A stretch of DNA of 64,000 bases. It comes from Octopus sinensis. Lineage: Eukaryota. A model generated the notes under the pieces. It had not been told where the DNA came from and did not search any database. It worked only from the letters and a program-made list of their open reading frames with translations. Position numbers and translations under genes: made by a program. The stretch lies in contig NC_043008.1 in assembly GCF_006345805.1 (NCBI RefSeq), forward strand, positions 12,214,001-12,278,000, given 5' to 3'. Every line of letters begins with the position of its first letter. Within the stretch, counting starts at the first letter, position 1. Below, one piece after another: positions 25,399 through 38,849 of this stretch.

Positions 25399-25859
25399 AT
25401 TGTTAATTTCTCATCTATGGCTACAGGTCTTACAGATGATTTTGGTATCAGTCAAATTGGAAGCTTTCCCATATCAAGATTCATAAAAGTGTAATTTGTT
25501 CTGCAAACTGGGAAGAAATCCAAAGACAAAGAATTTTTTATGCTTTGCATTTCATTCCCTATTACCATCCATCTTTCCAATGATAGTGGCATCTCTGCTC
25601 TTTTCAGGACATCAGGATTTCACTGTGACCCCGACAGGGGGACTAACACATGCTCTGCTTCGCCAAAGGGCAACCCGTTATTCTGTTTGATACTGTTTAT
25701 TCAGTATTCGCAGCTAACCTATATATCTGCAATTCATTCATTTGTCCACATTAGGGGCCTGATGTATAGGGGTTTCCATCACTACAATGTATGTGCATCA
25801 ACTCAGCAGAAACACTGGAAGCTTCCCTGAAGATTGCCCTCAACTAAGGCAAGACCAAG

Positions 25860-26190
25860 GTGAATGGCATGCCTGGGTTTAAAATGTCCAAGCAAGCTTG
25901 ACCAGATGGTAATGAAGAATATTGTAAAAAAATCAATAGCAGATTTATGAGATCTAGACAGGAAAATCTTATGGGGGAATGTATGCAGAGAAAGGAAGTT
26001 CTAAGGCAAAGATTTTAAAATTTCCAAGAAGTTTGCAAAACAGAAATGGAAAGGGAAATGGCTGAAGTTGCTTAAAGGATGAAGTAGGAGAAGTTGTTAT
26101 GGACTTTGATAGAATTCATGGAGAATATGGATTAATGGAAAAGGATGTTAAATGGGGAAAGGTATTGGGGCTGGAACATGGAAAGAGCAA
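25860..26190 (+). mobile_element. Degenerate LINE (RTE-like) ORF2 linker remnant
   Basis: CLKDEVGEVVMDFDRI at about 26069 resembles the C..D..G....I..RW linker motif; stops and frameshifts around it. Confidence 0.35.
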
Positions 26191-27539
26191 TCCATTCCAA
26201 GAATCAATTATATGGCAAATATATATATATATATATATATATATCATCATCCTCCTCATCATCATTGTTTAACGTCCGTTTTCCATGCTAGCATGGGTCG
26301 GACGGTTCGACCGGGATCTGGCAAGCCAGGCAGTTCCGCCATACTCAAGTCTGCGCTAGCAGTGTTTCTACAACTGGATGCCCTTCCTAACATCAACCAC
26401 TCCATGAGTGTAGTGGGTGATTTTTACGTGCCACCAGCACAGGGGCCAGAGGAGGCTGGCAAACAACCACGATCAGTCGGTACTTTTTACGTGTCACTGA
26501 CACAAACGCTAGTTAGGTGGTGCTGGCATCAGCCACATTCGGATGGTGCTTTTTATGTGTCTCCGGTATGGGTATCTTAACTACAATTCCCATTTGATAT
26601 ATATATATATATAATACCACTTAACAGCTGGTGTTGGTGTGTTTACATCCTCATAACTTAATGGTTCAGCAAAAGAGACTGATAAAATGAGTACCAGGCT
26701 TTCAAAAAAAAAAGGAACTGGGGTTGATTTGCTTGAACCGCATGTTTCCGGGTTCGGTCCCACTGCATGGCACCTTGGGCAAGTGTCTTCTACTATAGCC
26801 TCGGGCCAGCCAAAGCCTTGTGAGTGGATTTGGTAGACGGAAACGGAAAGAAACCCATCATATATATGTATATATAGATATATATGTGTGTGTGTGTATA
26901 TGTTTGTGTGTCTGTGTTTGTCCCCCCAACATCGCTTAACAACCGATGCTGGTGTGTTTATCTCCCCATAACTTAGCGGTTCGGCAAAAAAGACTGATAG
27001 AAGAAGTACTAGGCTTATTACAAGGAATAAGTCCTGGGATCAATTTGCTCAACTAAAGGTGGTGCTCCAGCATGGCCACAGTCAAATGCCTGAAACAAGT
27101 AAAAGGGTAAAAGAGTATGCATGTATGTTTATATGTGTGTATGCGTGTGTGTGTGTTTGTGTGTGTGTGAGGGAGATGATTGATGTATATATACACAGAT
27201 GTATGATATATCAAAGTAAATGAGATATGAAACAATGGTGCACTTGGGGAGAAAACTCAGGACACACGAAGCAAATTGAAACATCAAAGAAGACCAACCA
27301 CAATGATATGTATTTATGCAGACGTGAGTGAATATCATTATGTGGGTGTGATTTGGATGGGTGACGATTGCTAGAAGAAGAATAATGAGTTGTATCTTGA
27401 CGGTGATGGCCATAATGAAGATGATGATGTCCATAAACAATGCCGACGCACACGTATATATATATATACATATACGTATATACATACAAATATACATATA
27501 CATATATACATACAAATATGCATATACATATATACATAC

Positions 27540-27585
<46 letters not shown>

Positions 27586-27608
27586 CATATATATACATAT
27601 ATATATAC

Positions 27609-27664
<56 letters not shown>

Positions 27665-27716
27665 ATACATATATATTTATATGTATATATATATAATGTA
27701 TATATGTATATATATG

Positions 27717-27751
<35 letters not shown>

Positions 27752-27776
27752 TCCCTCAAATAATTATTATATATAC

Positions 27777-27839
<63 letters not shown>

Positions 27840-28714
27840 TATATATATATGTGTGTGTGTATATATGTGTGTATGTATGTGTATTTCTGTGTCCCATTGT
27901 GCAAGTTAATGAGATCTGTGTTTGTTGCAAGTCGGAGAATGTGCAATTATGATCGCGTTGCTTCAACAAATGCCGAGATCAATCGAACGCCAGAAAATGA
28001 AGGATGAAAGTGGAAGCTTTAAAAAGTCATACTTTAGCCATTATTCTTCATGGACAAGGCAAAGATGCGTGCGTATGTGTGCATGAATGTGCATGTATGT
28101 GTATGTCTATATGTGTGTGTTTGCATTTTCCAAGAGAGTGTAGTGTCTGCAATAGACTTAGCTTATTACTTGGACGGTATATGTTTATAAAAGACTGGTT
28201 CTTGTACAATGGACCAACTGTGTCCGCCTTTATTTCTCATGAATGTCCATTGTTTCCTAATTCCCATCATCATCATCGTTGTTTTAGGGTCCAGTTTTCT
28301 CTCCTTGCATGGGTCAATCAGAATATTTTGAGGCTGATTTTTCTGCTGCTGGATGACTTTGCTCTCACCAACCTTCACCTGTTTGCAAGCAAGGAAATCT
28401 TTCTATCAAGGGCCAGACATAATCTTTTGGTTATGAAAGACGGGAAATGAACTACACTGCTTGATGACGGTGATGCTTGTTTACAACCAGCATCTGATGT
28501 TAAGACAAGAGTATGCACAAATACATGCACCTACACATACACACACACACATATACATACAGACACACAGACACACATACATACACAGTCACACAGACAT
28601 ATACACACAGACATACACATACAGACACACATTCAGACACACACACACAGACACACACATACATGCACACATAAGTGCACACACACATGTTGGCACAAGC
28701 ATGACTGTGTGGTA

Positions 28715-29110
28715 AAGGTGGTGAGCTGGCAGAATCGTTAGCACACCGGGCGAAATGCTTAGCGGTATTTCTTCTGCCGCTACGTTCTGAGTTCAAATTC
28801 CGCCGAGGTCGACTTTGCCTTTCAGCCTTTCGGGGTCGATTAAATAAGTACCAGTTACGCACTGGGGTCGATTTAATCGACTTAATCCGTTTGTCTGTCC
28901 TTGTTTGTCCTCTCTGTGTTTAGCCCCTTGTGGGTAGTAAAGAAATAGGTATTTTGTCTGTCTTAACGTTCTGAGTTCAAATTCCGCTGAGGTCGACTTT
29001 GCCTTTCATCCTTTTGGGATCGATAAATTAAGTACCAGTCACACACTGGGGGTTGATATAATCGACTTAATCCCTGTGTTTAGCCCCTTGTGGGCAATAA
29101 TGAAATAAGA
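28715..29110 (+). mobile_element. Tandem family A SINE array
   Basis: Full unit, then re-entry at GGTATTT directly after the AAAGAAATA tail. Confidence 0.85.
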
Positions 29111-29678
29111 AGCTTGCTTTTCGATCACATGGTTCCAGGTTCACTCTCACTGTGTGGAACCTTGGACAAGTGTCTTCTACTATAGCCACAGGTTGACTAA
29201 AGCCTAGCCTTGTGAGTGGATTTCATAGGTGGAAACTGAAAAGAATCCCATCGTATATCAAGATCATCATCGAATAACATCTGCTTTCGATGCTGGCATG
29301 GATGAGACAGTTTGACAAGAGTCGGCCAGGCAGAGGCCTGTATCAGACTTCTTTGACTGTTTTGGCAGGATTTTTTCAGCTAGATGCTCTTCCTGACACC
29401 AACCACAAGCCTGGTACTATCTGACTCTGAGGTTACAGGGATGTAAACACAACAATGCCAGTTGTAAAGTGGTGGTGGGGAACAAACACACACACACACA
29501 CGTATACATATATACGATAGGCTTCTTTCAGTTTCCATCTACCAAATCCACTCACAAGGCTTTGGCCGGCCCAAGGCTATAGTAGAAGATACTTGCCCAA
29601 GGTGCCACACAGTGGGACTGAACCCGGAACCATGTGGTTGGTAAACAAGCTACTTACCGCACAGCCACTCCTGCGCCT

Positions 29679-29733
<55 letters not shown>

Positions 29734-29974
29734 CTCTCTCTCTTTCGGAGAGGCACAAGCACCTACACGTACATATACACACATGGCAGTAACTTCCGCC
29801 TGCCGAATTCAATCACAAAGCTTCGGTCGGCTCGGGGCCATAGTGGAAGACACCTGCCCAATGTGCCACGCAGTGGAACTGAACCTGAGACCATGTAGTT
29901 AGGAAGCAAGCTGCCTAACCACACAGCCATGCCCGCGCCTACAATATGTATATATATATATATATATAGTCATC

Positions 29975-30345
29975 AAAAAAGGGGGTAGAATTAATTAATT
30001 GTTAATAAATTCGACCAAGCAGTATTCGGTATGTAAAGACCATTTACGGTGTATTTGAAGTATTAATTTATAAAAATATGGTAAAGTAAAAAAATTCACT
30101 TTACCACACACCGAACTTTTCAGAAATAGCAGCCAAAAATATGGCTATTTCTTCAACTGCAAATAAAAGTCTCCAGACAATGGATACTCAGAAAATAACT
30201 CACATATACCTTATACCTATGTGAGTTATTTTCTGAGTATGCATTGTCTGGAGACTTTTATTTGCAGTTGAAGAAATAGCCATATTTTTGGCTGCTATTT
30301 CTGAAAAGTTCGGTGTGTGGTAAAGTGAATTTTTTTACTTTACCA

Positions 30346-30355
<10 letters not shown>
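29975..30355 (-). mobile_element. PLE-like remnant with fold-back inverted repeat
   Basis: Arms 30069-30206 and 30218-30355 (138 bp, 1 mismatch, 11-nt loop); flanked by TA repeats; homologous to 38850-39122. The IR is certain, the PLE origin is inferred. Confidence 0.7.
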
Positions 30356-30379
<24 letters not shown>

Positions 30380-33300
30380 TGTATGCATGTGTATGTGTGT
30401 GAGGGTCTGTGTGAGTGTGTGTGCATTTGGACAGTCGTGTTTAAATAATAAATAAATATATTGCTGTATAGATTTTAGCTAAATAATTGAATTTTGCTTG
30501 TAGACAGCAGCTCTTAGAATTTTGGACAGAATTATAATTGCATTATTTTGATAAAATAAATCCTGAATCATAAAACACAATATGTACATGCGATTATACA
30601 TGCATGTGTATACAGCCACACTCTGCGATATTTTATGTATAAAATACTATATATACTTTTTATACACACACACGCACACACATTCTCGCAGACAGTTTTT
30701 GCCATTTTAATGTAGATATTGATTAATAAAAAAGCAGAAAAAAAGCCCAAATATTTGTTTATATCTGAGTTAAAATATTCTTTGTGTATGTATGCATATA
30801 TATATGTGTGTGTTTGTAAGTATGTATACATGTATGTGTGTGTATATATATATATACATGTGTATGTGTGTGTATATATATACATATATGTGCATATATA
30901 TACATATATACATATCTGTATATATGTGTGTGTGTGCATGTGTGTGTTTGTGTGTGTGTACACACATATATATGTGAGTGTGTATATGTGTATATGCGTG
31001 TGGAAAACGGTCGTTAAACGATGATGATGATGATGATATATATATAAGTATATGTATATATGTGCATATATATATATTTATACATATATACATAAATGTA
31101 TATATATATATATACACACATATGCATAAATGTATATACATACATATATGTGTGTGTGTTTGTATGCGTTTGTGTGTGTTTGTTTGTGTATGTGTGTGTG
31201 TCAACGTATAATTGTGTGTGTGTGTGTTTGTATGTCTGTGTGTCTGTGTTTCTCTGCGTGTGTGGCTGTGTGTATGTGAACGCATAGTTGCATATATGTG
31301 TATTTATGTGTGTGTGTGTGTGTGCATGTGGTTTGTTATTTTGCAAACAAATTTAAAAATTCAACGGCCTTGAAGTCTGATAGTTATTTCATCTTTCATT
31401 AGTTGGTTTTGATACTGAATTTGTGCAGGCCCAGACAAGAACTGGATACACAGAATCTGAAAATTCATTCCGAAATTAAATTAGAGGATTCTCATTATTT
31501 CTACATGGATCATTTGATTTGCTTCTAATGTCATGACCAGTTCTGAAATAAAACATTTCCTCAATCAATGATTCGCCCATAAAACAGTCATCGTAACCAT
31601 TCTGCTGCCTTATTTCTGTAATGTGTAAATGGTTATTTGCGATGATTAGATGTGCCGGAATCATGGCAACTGTGTGAGTGCATCTCTGTTGGTTGTTTTC
31701 ATTTTGTAATTAGTATTTCTGTAAAATGTTGCTGGTTTGACTTTGTGCACTGCATTATGATGCGAGGGTATGTGAGGATGTATGTTGTATTCCGACAACA
31801 GTCTTTCCTGTGTGAGACTTTTCATATATATGTGTGCGTGTTTATGTATACATGCTTGTATCTGTATCAATATGTATGTATGTCTGTGTTGTGTCAACAT
31901 GTGTATGTATATTTGTGTATGTTTTCTCTACATATGTGTGTATATATATGTGTGTTTGTGTGTATATGTGCGTGTCTGTGTCAATATGTGCTTGTGTGTT
32001 TGTGTGTGTGTATATATCATCATCATTGTTTAACGTCCGCTTTCTATGCTAACACCTGTATATATATATGTGTGTGTGTGTGTATGTGTGTGTATACATA
32101 CTTATGTGTATGTCAGTGTGTAGATGTATTTGTTTGTGTGTGCCTGTGTCAACATGTGTTTTCGTGTGTGTGTGTGTGTGCATGCATATGTATATATGTG
32201 TGTGTATGTACATGTATATGTGTGTCTGTATCAATATGTGTGTATATATATATATATGTGAATGTGTGATTGTGTCAATATATGTGTGTGTGCACATGTG
32301 TGTGTATATGTGTGTATATATATGTCTGTATATGTATATGTCTGTATGTGTGCGTGTATGTATATGTCTGTATGTGTGTGTGTGTATGTATATGTCTGTA
32401 TGTGTGTGTGCATGTGTGTGTATATGTGGATGTGTCTGTGTATATGTGATGTGCGTAAGAAAGAGAAAATTCATACATATTTAGAAGCTGTCTGATTTAT
32501 AGGCATTGAAGTTGTTGCATGAAATAAAAAGTGTTTCTTGAAGTTACGTATAGTGTCTCAAGTAGCTTTAAGTAAATGCGATCAAATGTTTATATAAAAA
32601 GGAAAATACTAATACGGGGAAAAGGACTCTGCTAAGAAGAAAAATATAAGAAATTTTTGATAAAAGTTGACGGATTAACTTAATGGAATATGAAAACCAG
32701 CTTAAAACGATATATTTTTGTTTTTGAAGCATGATGGATAGGATAAGGGTCTGGTGAGAGTTATTGATCAGCAACTTGATCATTATAAACTAGAATAGTG
32801 GCTTGTGGAGAAATATCAGAAGTTTTTAGATTTGTCCAAAGTACTTTTTTTGAAAAGTTAGGATCTGTAATGTAAAATGGATGTAAAATAGATGTATATT
32901 CGCTTAGAAAGGGAATGAAAGGAGGCAAGAAAGGTTGCTAAGGAGGTGTGGATATTGAATTTTTATCTATTTTTTTTTTGCATCTGTGAGTGTATAGTAG
33001 TTGCCCACTGTTAATTGTTAATTGTGTGGCCACTGTTAATTGTTAACTTTTGCAGCAGAAGTTGCAAAGTATTTTAAACACAAAAGGTGTGGTTGTGTGG
33101 TTTAAGAAGTTTACTTCCCAACTACAGAGTTTTGGGTTCAATCCCACTGTGTGACACCTTAGGCAAGTATTTTCTACCATAGCCTAAGGCCAACCAAATC
33201 CTTGTGAATGGATTTGGTAGACAAGAACTGTGTGTGTATGTGCATGTGTGTGTGTGTGTCTGTGTGTTTGTGTGTGTGCGCATGTGTTTGTGTATGTAGA

Positions 33301-35014
33301 CACTGGTATTCCAGAAACAGCTGTAGGAGACTTTACTTATCTACTGTAAATGTTCTATGCTTTATTTATACTTTATCTGTATTCTTGTTTGCAACGGACA
33401 AGTCTTCGGTACTTTGAACGTGACATGAACTAAATGAATACACACACCACAAAAATATATAAAAAAAGGATTATTTTAACACAGCACACGAACATTTACC
33501 TCAAACTAATATGACTTAGTTACTTGTGTCAGGCTCTGAATTGTTTATAGTTTTCTGCCATCATATATACGTGAGCACTGACTCCAAATACTTGCATGTA
33601 TACACACACAGATGCACACAGATTGAGGGTAGAAACCTGTTCTTTCCCCATTAATGAGAAACCTAGGAATGTAGCTAAATACTAACATAGATATACATAT
33701 GTATATATATACAGACACAAACACACAGACACACATGCGTAGAACATCATAGGATCATGTGACTGATCAGACTGTCAAATGTTGTCATCCATCGCTGGTC
33801 ACAATGCACTTTTTGCATTTATATATTAATATATATGCGCAGGTAAAGCAGTGAGCTGTCAGAAATGTTAGCATGATGGGCGAAATGCTTAGTGGTATTT
33901 CATGCATGTATGTGTATGCATGTATGCATGTATGAATATGCATGTATGCATGTGTATGTATGAGTATGCATGTGTATGCATGCATGTCTATACAAGTGTG
34001 CATGTATGTCTATGCATGTATGCATGTATGAATATGCATGTGTGTATATATGTCTACGTGTAGTACTTCAGGTATGTTACTCTCTGTGTGCGTATTCCCT
34101 GTACATATAAAAGCTGCAACTGCTTTTAAATGTACAACCAAATATATGTTTGTAGCTATGTATGTCTGCAGTGACTCCCGTTAAGTGTTTGTACGAAATA
34201 ATAAATATTTGGCTATACTTCAGCGCTTTACATCTAACTCAATGATTATTAATCTCGTAGACATTTACAGCACTTGAAAATCAATTTCTTTTGTTCGATG
34301 TTCTTGTTTCTCTTTTAGAATATCTTCATTCTACAGAAATGTCTTTGAGTACATTTTTGGTTGCACTTTGTCTCTAATTTCAATAACAGTGCAATGCACT
34401 TGTGACATTTATTTTAAATGCTTCTAATTAGCTAAATTTTAAATGATTCATTGGAAATGAATTCTTCACTTACGAAGAGACAGATAAGATTTTTAGTGCA
34501 GTACCATTTTTATACTAAATAAAAATTATAAAATGCTACCTTTAGTTCAGTCTTTGTGCCAATTCTCAACTAAGGTCATAAATGTTGGGCAATAATCCAA
34601 AAGAATCTGATTCTGCCAACCCAAGGCCTTGATTTTGGCTGGGAGCTGGCAGAATTGTTACCACAATGGGCTAAATACTTTGTGTTCTTTATGTTCTGTG
34701 TTCAAATGCTGCCTAGGTCAACTCTATCTTTCACTTTTTTGGGAATTGAGGAAATCGGTACCAGTTATGCATTGAGGTCGATGCAATTGCAATATGGCAT
34801 TTTCAGCTATATCTCTTCCTCAGGACAAAATTCAAATTGTGTTTTATTATAAAAAAAATCTATTTTACATTTTGTAATCATTTAAGGCACAGACCTGGCC
34901 GCATGGTTAAGAAGCTTGCTTTTTAACCCTGTGGTTTTGGGGTTCAGTCACATGGCACAGCAACTCAGGTCAGTGTCTTCTACTATAACCCCAGGTTGAC
35001 CAAAGCCTTGTGAG

Positions 35015-35404
35015 AGTATTCGGTAGGTGGAAACTGAAAGAAACCCATTGTACATATAAGTATATATGTCTGTGTGTGTTGATTACTTATAGGGCCACCG
35101 TATTTTGTTATGCAACTATAATATATATTACTAAGTATATTAAATGCTTAATAAGTCAATACTGTGTTCTTCTGTGTTAGCAGTGCTATTAAATTTCTTT
35201 TTTAAGCTTAGTATTTGATAGATGGAAACTGAAAGAAACCCATTGTACATACAAGTATATATGTCTGTGTGTGTTGATTCCTTGTAGGACCACCGTATTT
35301 TGTTATGCAACCATGATATATATTACTAAGTATATTAAATGCTTTATAAGTCAATACTGTGTCCTTCTGTGTTAGCAGTGCTATTAAATTTCTTTTTTAA
35401 GCTT
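35015..35404 (+). repeat. 195-bp tandem duplication starting inside a SINE B
   Basis: Units 35015-35209 and 35210-35404 align end to end with scattered substitutions. Confidence 0.9.
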
Positions 35405-35547
35405 ATCTCTACCAATTTTCTATAGAAATTATAGCCAAAACCGTGTGTGTGTTTGTGTATATCCTTCTTTTCACATATGATAATAAATAAGCATCATCAT
35501 CATACAAGTCCTAGGCTATGGTAGAAGACAATGGCCTAAGGTGCCAC

Positions 35548-35921
35548 ACTTACTTACTTGTACTTGTGGTGACATTCACCCTGGGCGGGTTGAGTCAGCT
35601 TCTTCTACTACCCTCAAGGCATCTTGAACCATGGCAGCCCACGCACGACGGTCCTGCGCCAGTTCACTGTAGATAGCGAGCCAGTCACGGTTCCATCGGC
35701 ACAGGCTGATGTTGCCATTGTATTCACCATTGAGAATTCATGGAAGAAGTTTCGTGGAAATGTGTGGATTTCACAAGCGGTCCCCAACAATCCTGCATGT
35801 GGAGACATCCTGTTTGCCGCAGATTGTCGGCAGACGCAGGGACAGAACGACCGAGGAGCCGCCAGTTGCCGAAGCAGACACTCCGAGGATTTTCACCAGA
35901 GCCCCGTCTGCCAGGTTGTAG
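35548..35921 (-). mobile_element. RTE-clade LINE 3' end with an apparently inverted 5' segment
   Basis: Minus: RWNRDWLAIYSELAQDRRAWAAMVQDALRVVEEADSTRPG* plus CAAGTA/(AAGT)n tail. Plus strand 35708-35921: LRIHG, VSW..DFTS, VETS..IVGRRR, AEADTPRIF, resembling the post-RT region. Confidence 0.7.
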
Positions 35922-35929
35922 CCTTAATA

Positions 35930-36163
35930 CCTATTTCTTTACTACCCACAAGGGGCTAAACACAGAGAAGACAAACAAAGACAGACAAAGGGATTAAGTC
36001 GATTATATCGACCCCAGTGCGCAACTGGTACTTATTTAATCGACCCCGAAAGGATGAAGGGCAAAGTCGACCTCGGCAGAATTTGAACTCAGAATGTAGC
36101 GGCAGACGAAATACCGCTAAGCATTTCCCCCCGGCGTGCTAACGTTTCTGCCAGCTCGCCGCC
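35930..36163 (-). mobile_element. Young SINE family A
   Basis: Near-consensus copy. Confidence 0.9.
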
Positions 36164-36581
36164 TTATGGCCCTAATATCACTCAGTGTCAGACCAATCCA
36201 CCTTGGGTGGCCCCTACCAGGAACCGAAGTTCCCGACGGCGTAGCCACATAGTAGGATTGAACCCAGAATCGTGTGGTTAGGAAGCAAGATTGTTACCAC
36301 ACAACCATGCCTGCAACAACTATCATAACCTTCTTCCATTCTTACCAATTCTAACTTTTCATTGTTTACCAAATATGATTGGAAATTTCAATTCTTTTAT
36401 TGCTTTCTTTCTTTTTTTTGTATATTTTCGTGCAATCGTTACCTTAAAGGTGACGGTTGTATTTCTCCCATTATACCGAATATTACAATATTTATGAAAT
36501 GATTATTGCTGAACTCTCTCCTGCTAAGACTTCCACTTCATCTTTGTTGACACCGTGCCAAATATAACTTTTTCTCCATAG

Positions 36582-36588
36582 CCTCCAA
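36582..36588 (+). other. Candidate 7-nt microexon, or end of a UTR exon
   Basis: CTTTTTCTCCATAG|CCTCCAA|GTAAGT. Confidence 0.3.
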
Positions 36589-37045
36589 GTAAGTAAAAAA
36601 AGACTAAAAATAAAGATAAAGATAAAAATAAAAATAAAGAATATTCAAAAAGAATAATCTCAAACACAAAAGAAGCAGTGTAGAGTCACAGCATTTTAGA
36701 ATAAAATATCTATTCCTTTCTCTTTTTGCCATAACCTCTAACCACTTTACGTTGCGAGCTTTGTGTTCTGAGATGTGTAGTGAGTTAGGGTGAGTGCGAG
36801 AGAGACATAGAATGGCTTTTTCTCTCCTACAATAAATATAGAATCTCCTTTTCTTTATATCCAGTTTTTTAAAAAAAAACCTTTATGTATCTATTTATCT
36901 CTAACAACTGGCATTGATATTTTCACCATTATGTCTTCATTGTATATTTCTTTCATTAAAAAAAAAAAATAACAAACAGAAAAAAAACAAACGTATAGTC
37001 TGATTCATTTCAGTTATATATAATATATACACACATCTATATATA

Positions 37046-37213
37046 TTTTTTTGTTTTATTTTCAGGTAAGTGTACAGTGTACATTCTCTACTGTCTTCAA
37101 GAACGTCTCAGTGTTCTGGCATTCCTGGTTTAAGTGAGAATCTGGTAAAGTATGATAAGTTGCTTGATTTGGTTTCAGCATCACATTTTTATCTGGAGTG
37201 TTGTTACGTAAGC
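37046..37213 (+). other. Juxtaposed 3'/5' splice site (recursive-splice type) with a 142-nt cryptic exon
   Basis: TTTTTTTGTTTTATTTTCAG|GTAAGT at 37065/37066; downstream donor TAC|GTAAGC at 37208. Confidence 0.5.
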
Positions 37214-37359
37214 GACTCTCTGTGTGTCTGTGTGTTTGTTCTTATATATATGTGTGTGTGTGTGTGTGTGTGATAATGATGATGCATATCTATTTATCTA
37301 TCTCTCTATCTTTATATATATATATATATATATCTCTCTCTCTATCTATCAATCTATCA

Positions 37360-37399
<40 letters not shown>

Positions 37400-37432
37400 G
37401 TCTGTCTATCTATCTATCTATCTATCTATCTG

Positions 37433-37467
<35 letters not shown>

Positions 37468-37556
37468 CTCACTCTCTGGTTCTCAGTCTCTGTCTCTCTC
37501 TGTCTCTGTCTGTCCATCTCTGTCTGTCTGTCTCTGTCACTCTCACTCTCTCTCTA

Positions 37557-37605
<49 letters not shown>

Positions 37606-38074
37606 AGAAGAAAATGATGGAGATTGCAAAAGTAATAAGAATTTATTATCAACAACAAATCTAACATTATCACTTACAGCTGTTTCATCATCCATTCAAG
37701 AGGCTAACATAGCATCTAATCAAACTTTATATATATATAAGAAATTAAAAAAGGAAAATATGCACACTTTACATAGTTTTAATATAATTTTTAATATATC
37801 GACCGGTTTTGCCATCGCTATTCATGATATTATGTTTTACTTATTTGAATATATATTTTCTAATAAGAAGGGTAGAAAATTTAGAAAAATTTTTGTACCA
37901 GTGGCTAGCATGTGTAATAAAGTCAATAGACAGCATATTTGCATATATAATAGTGTATAAAAAAATTTACGCATTTATACATGAAAGAGGCTACCTTTGA
38001 CAGGACACGTTTCATGCTAGAAAGGGCAGTTAAAGCCCGAACCATGAATAAGAGCAGTGTGTGTGTGTGTTCAC

Positions 38075-38109
<35 letters not shown>

Positions 38110-38384
38110 TGTTTCTTCAGACCCTAAAACTCGTTGGCCTATGCCATCTGGAGTAAGTGGTCTCTCTAGAAATGTACAGCTAAGAAACGCTCTGAAGCTA
38201 AGTGCTTTGTGAACGTGAAACCCTTGGTAACCCCACAGACCAGCCATAGCTGTCTTTATCTATATACTACACTGCTCTATAACTTAGAGTGTGCTTCTCT
38301 TTCGGATTTATAATTTACTGAACATATATGTATGTATCTAACTATCTATATCCATCTCTGAATTTATCTATCTATTTATCTCTC

Positions 38385-38436
<52 letters not shown>

Positions 38437-38849
38437 CACACACATATATATGCATATATATACACACACACACACACACAACATATATATATATAGAGAG
38501 AGAGACACATACACATAAACACACACATATATATATATACATACATATATATTAATTTAAATGTATATGTGTCGATCAGATGTACACACACACAAACGTA
38601 CATAAATTTGCATATACATATATACATGTATGTTTTTATGCACATATTCCTTGTAAAGATTAATACATACACATATATATGTGTATTTAGGCATGTGTAT
38701 GTATATATGTATACATATATACATGCATACATATATATATATCTATATACACACACACACATACATACAGTGTTTGAACAACTATTAGTACGCATAAATA
38801 CATATATTTACATACATTATATATATATATATATATATACATAATAATG

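Noticed and set aside
24117-25406. 429-aa plus-strand VVSHGMSF ORF and 391-aa minus-strand HDSQQKTF ORF
   Set aside because: Both are fully explained by stop-free repeat units; no unique coding flanks.
31400-31760. Unique block with Hox/Pbx-like motifs and short ORFs
   Set aside because: The motifs are short and expected by chance; conservation data are needed.
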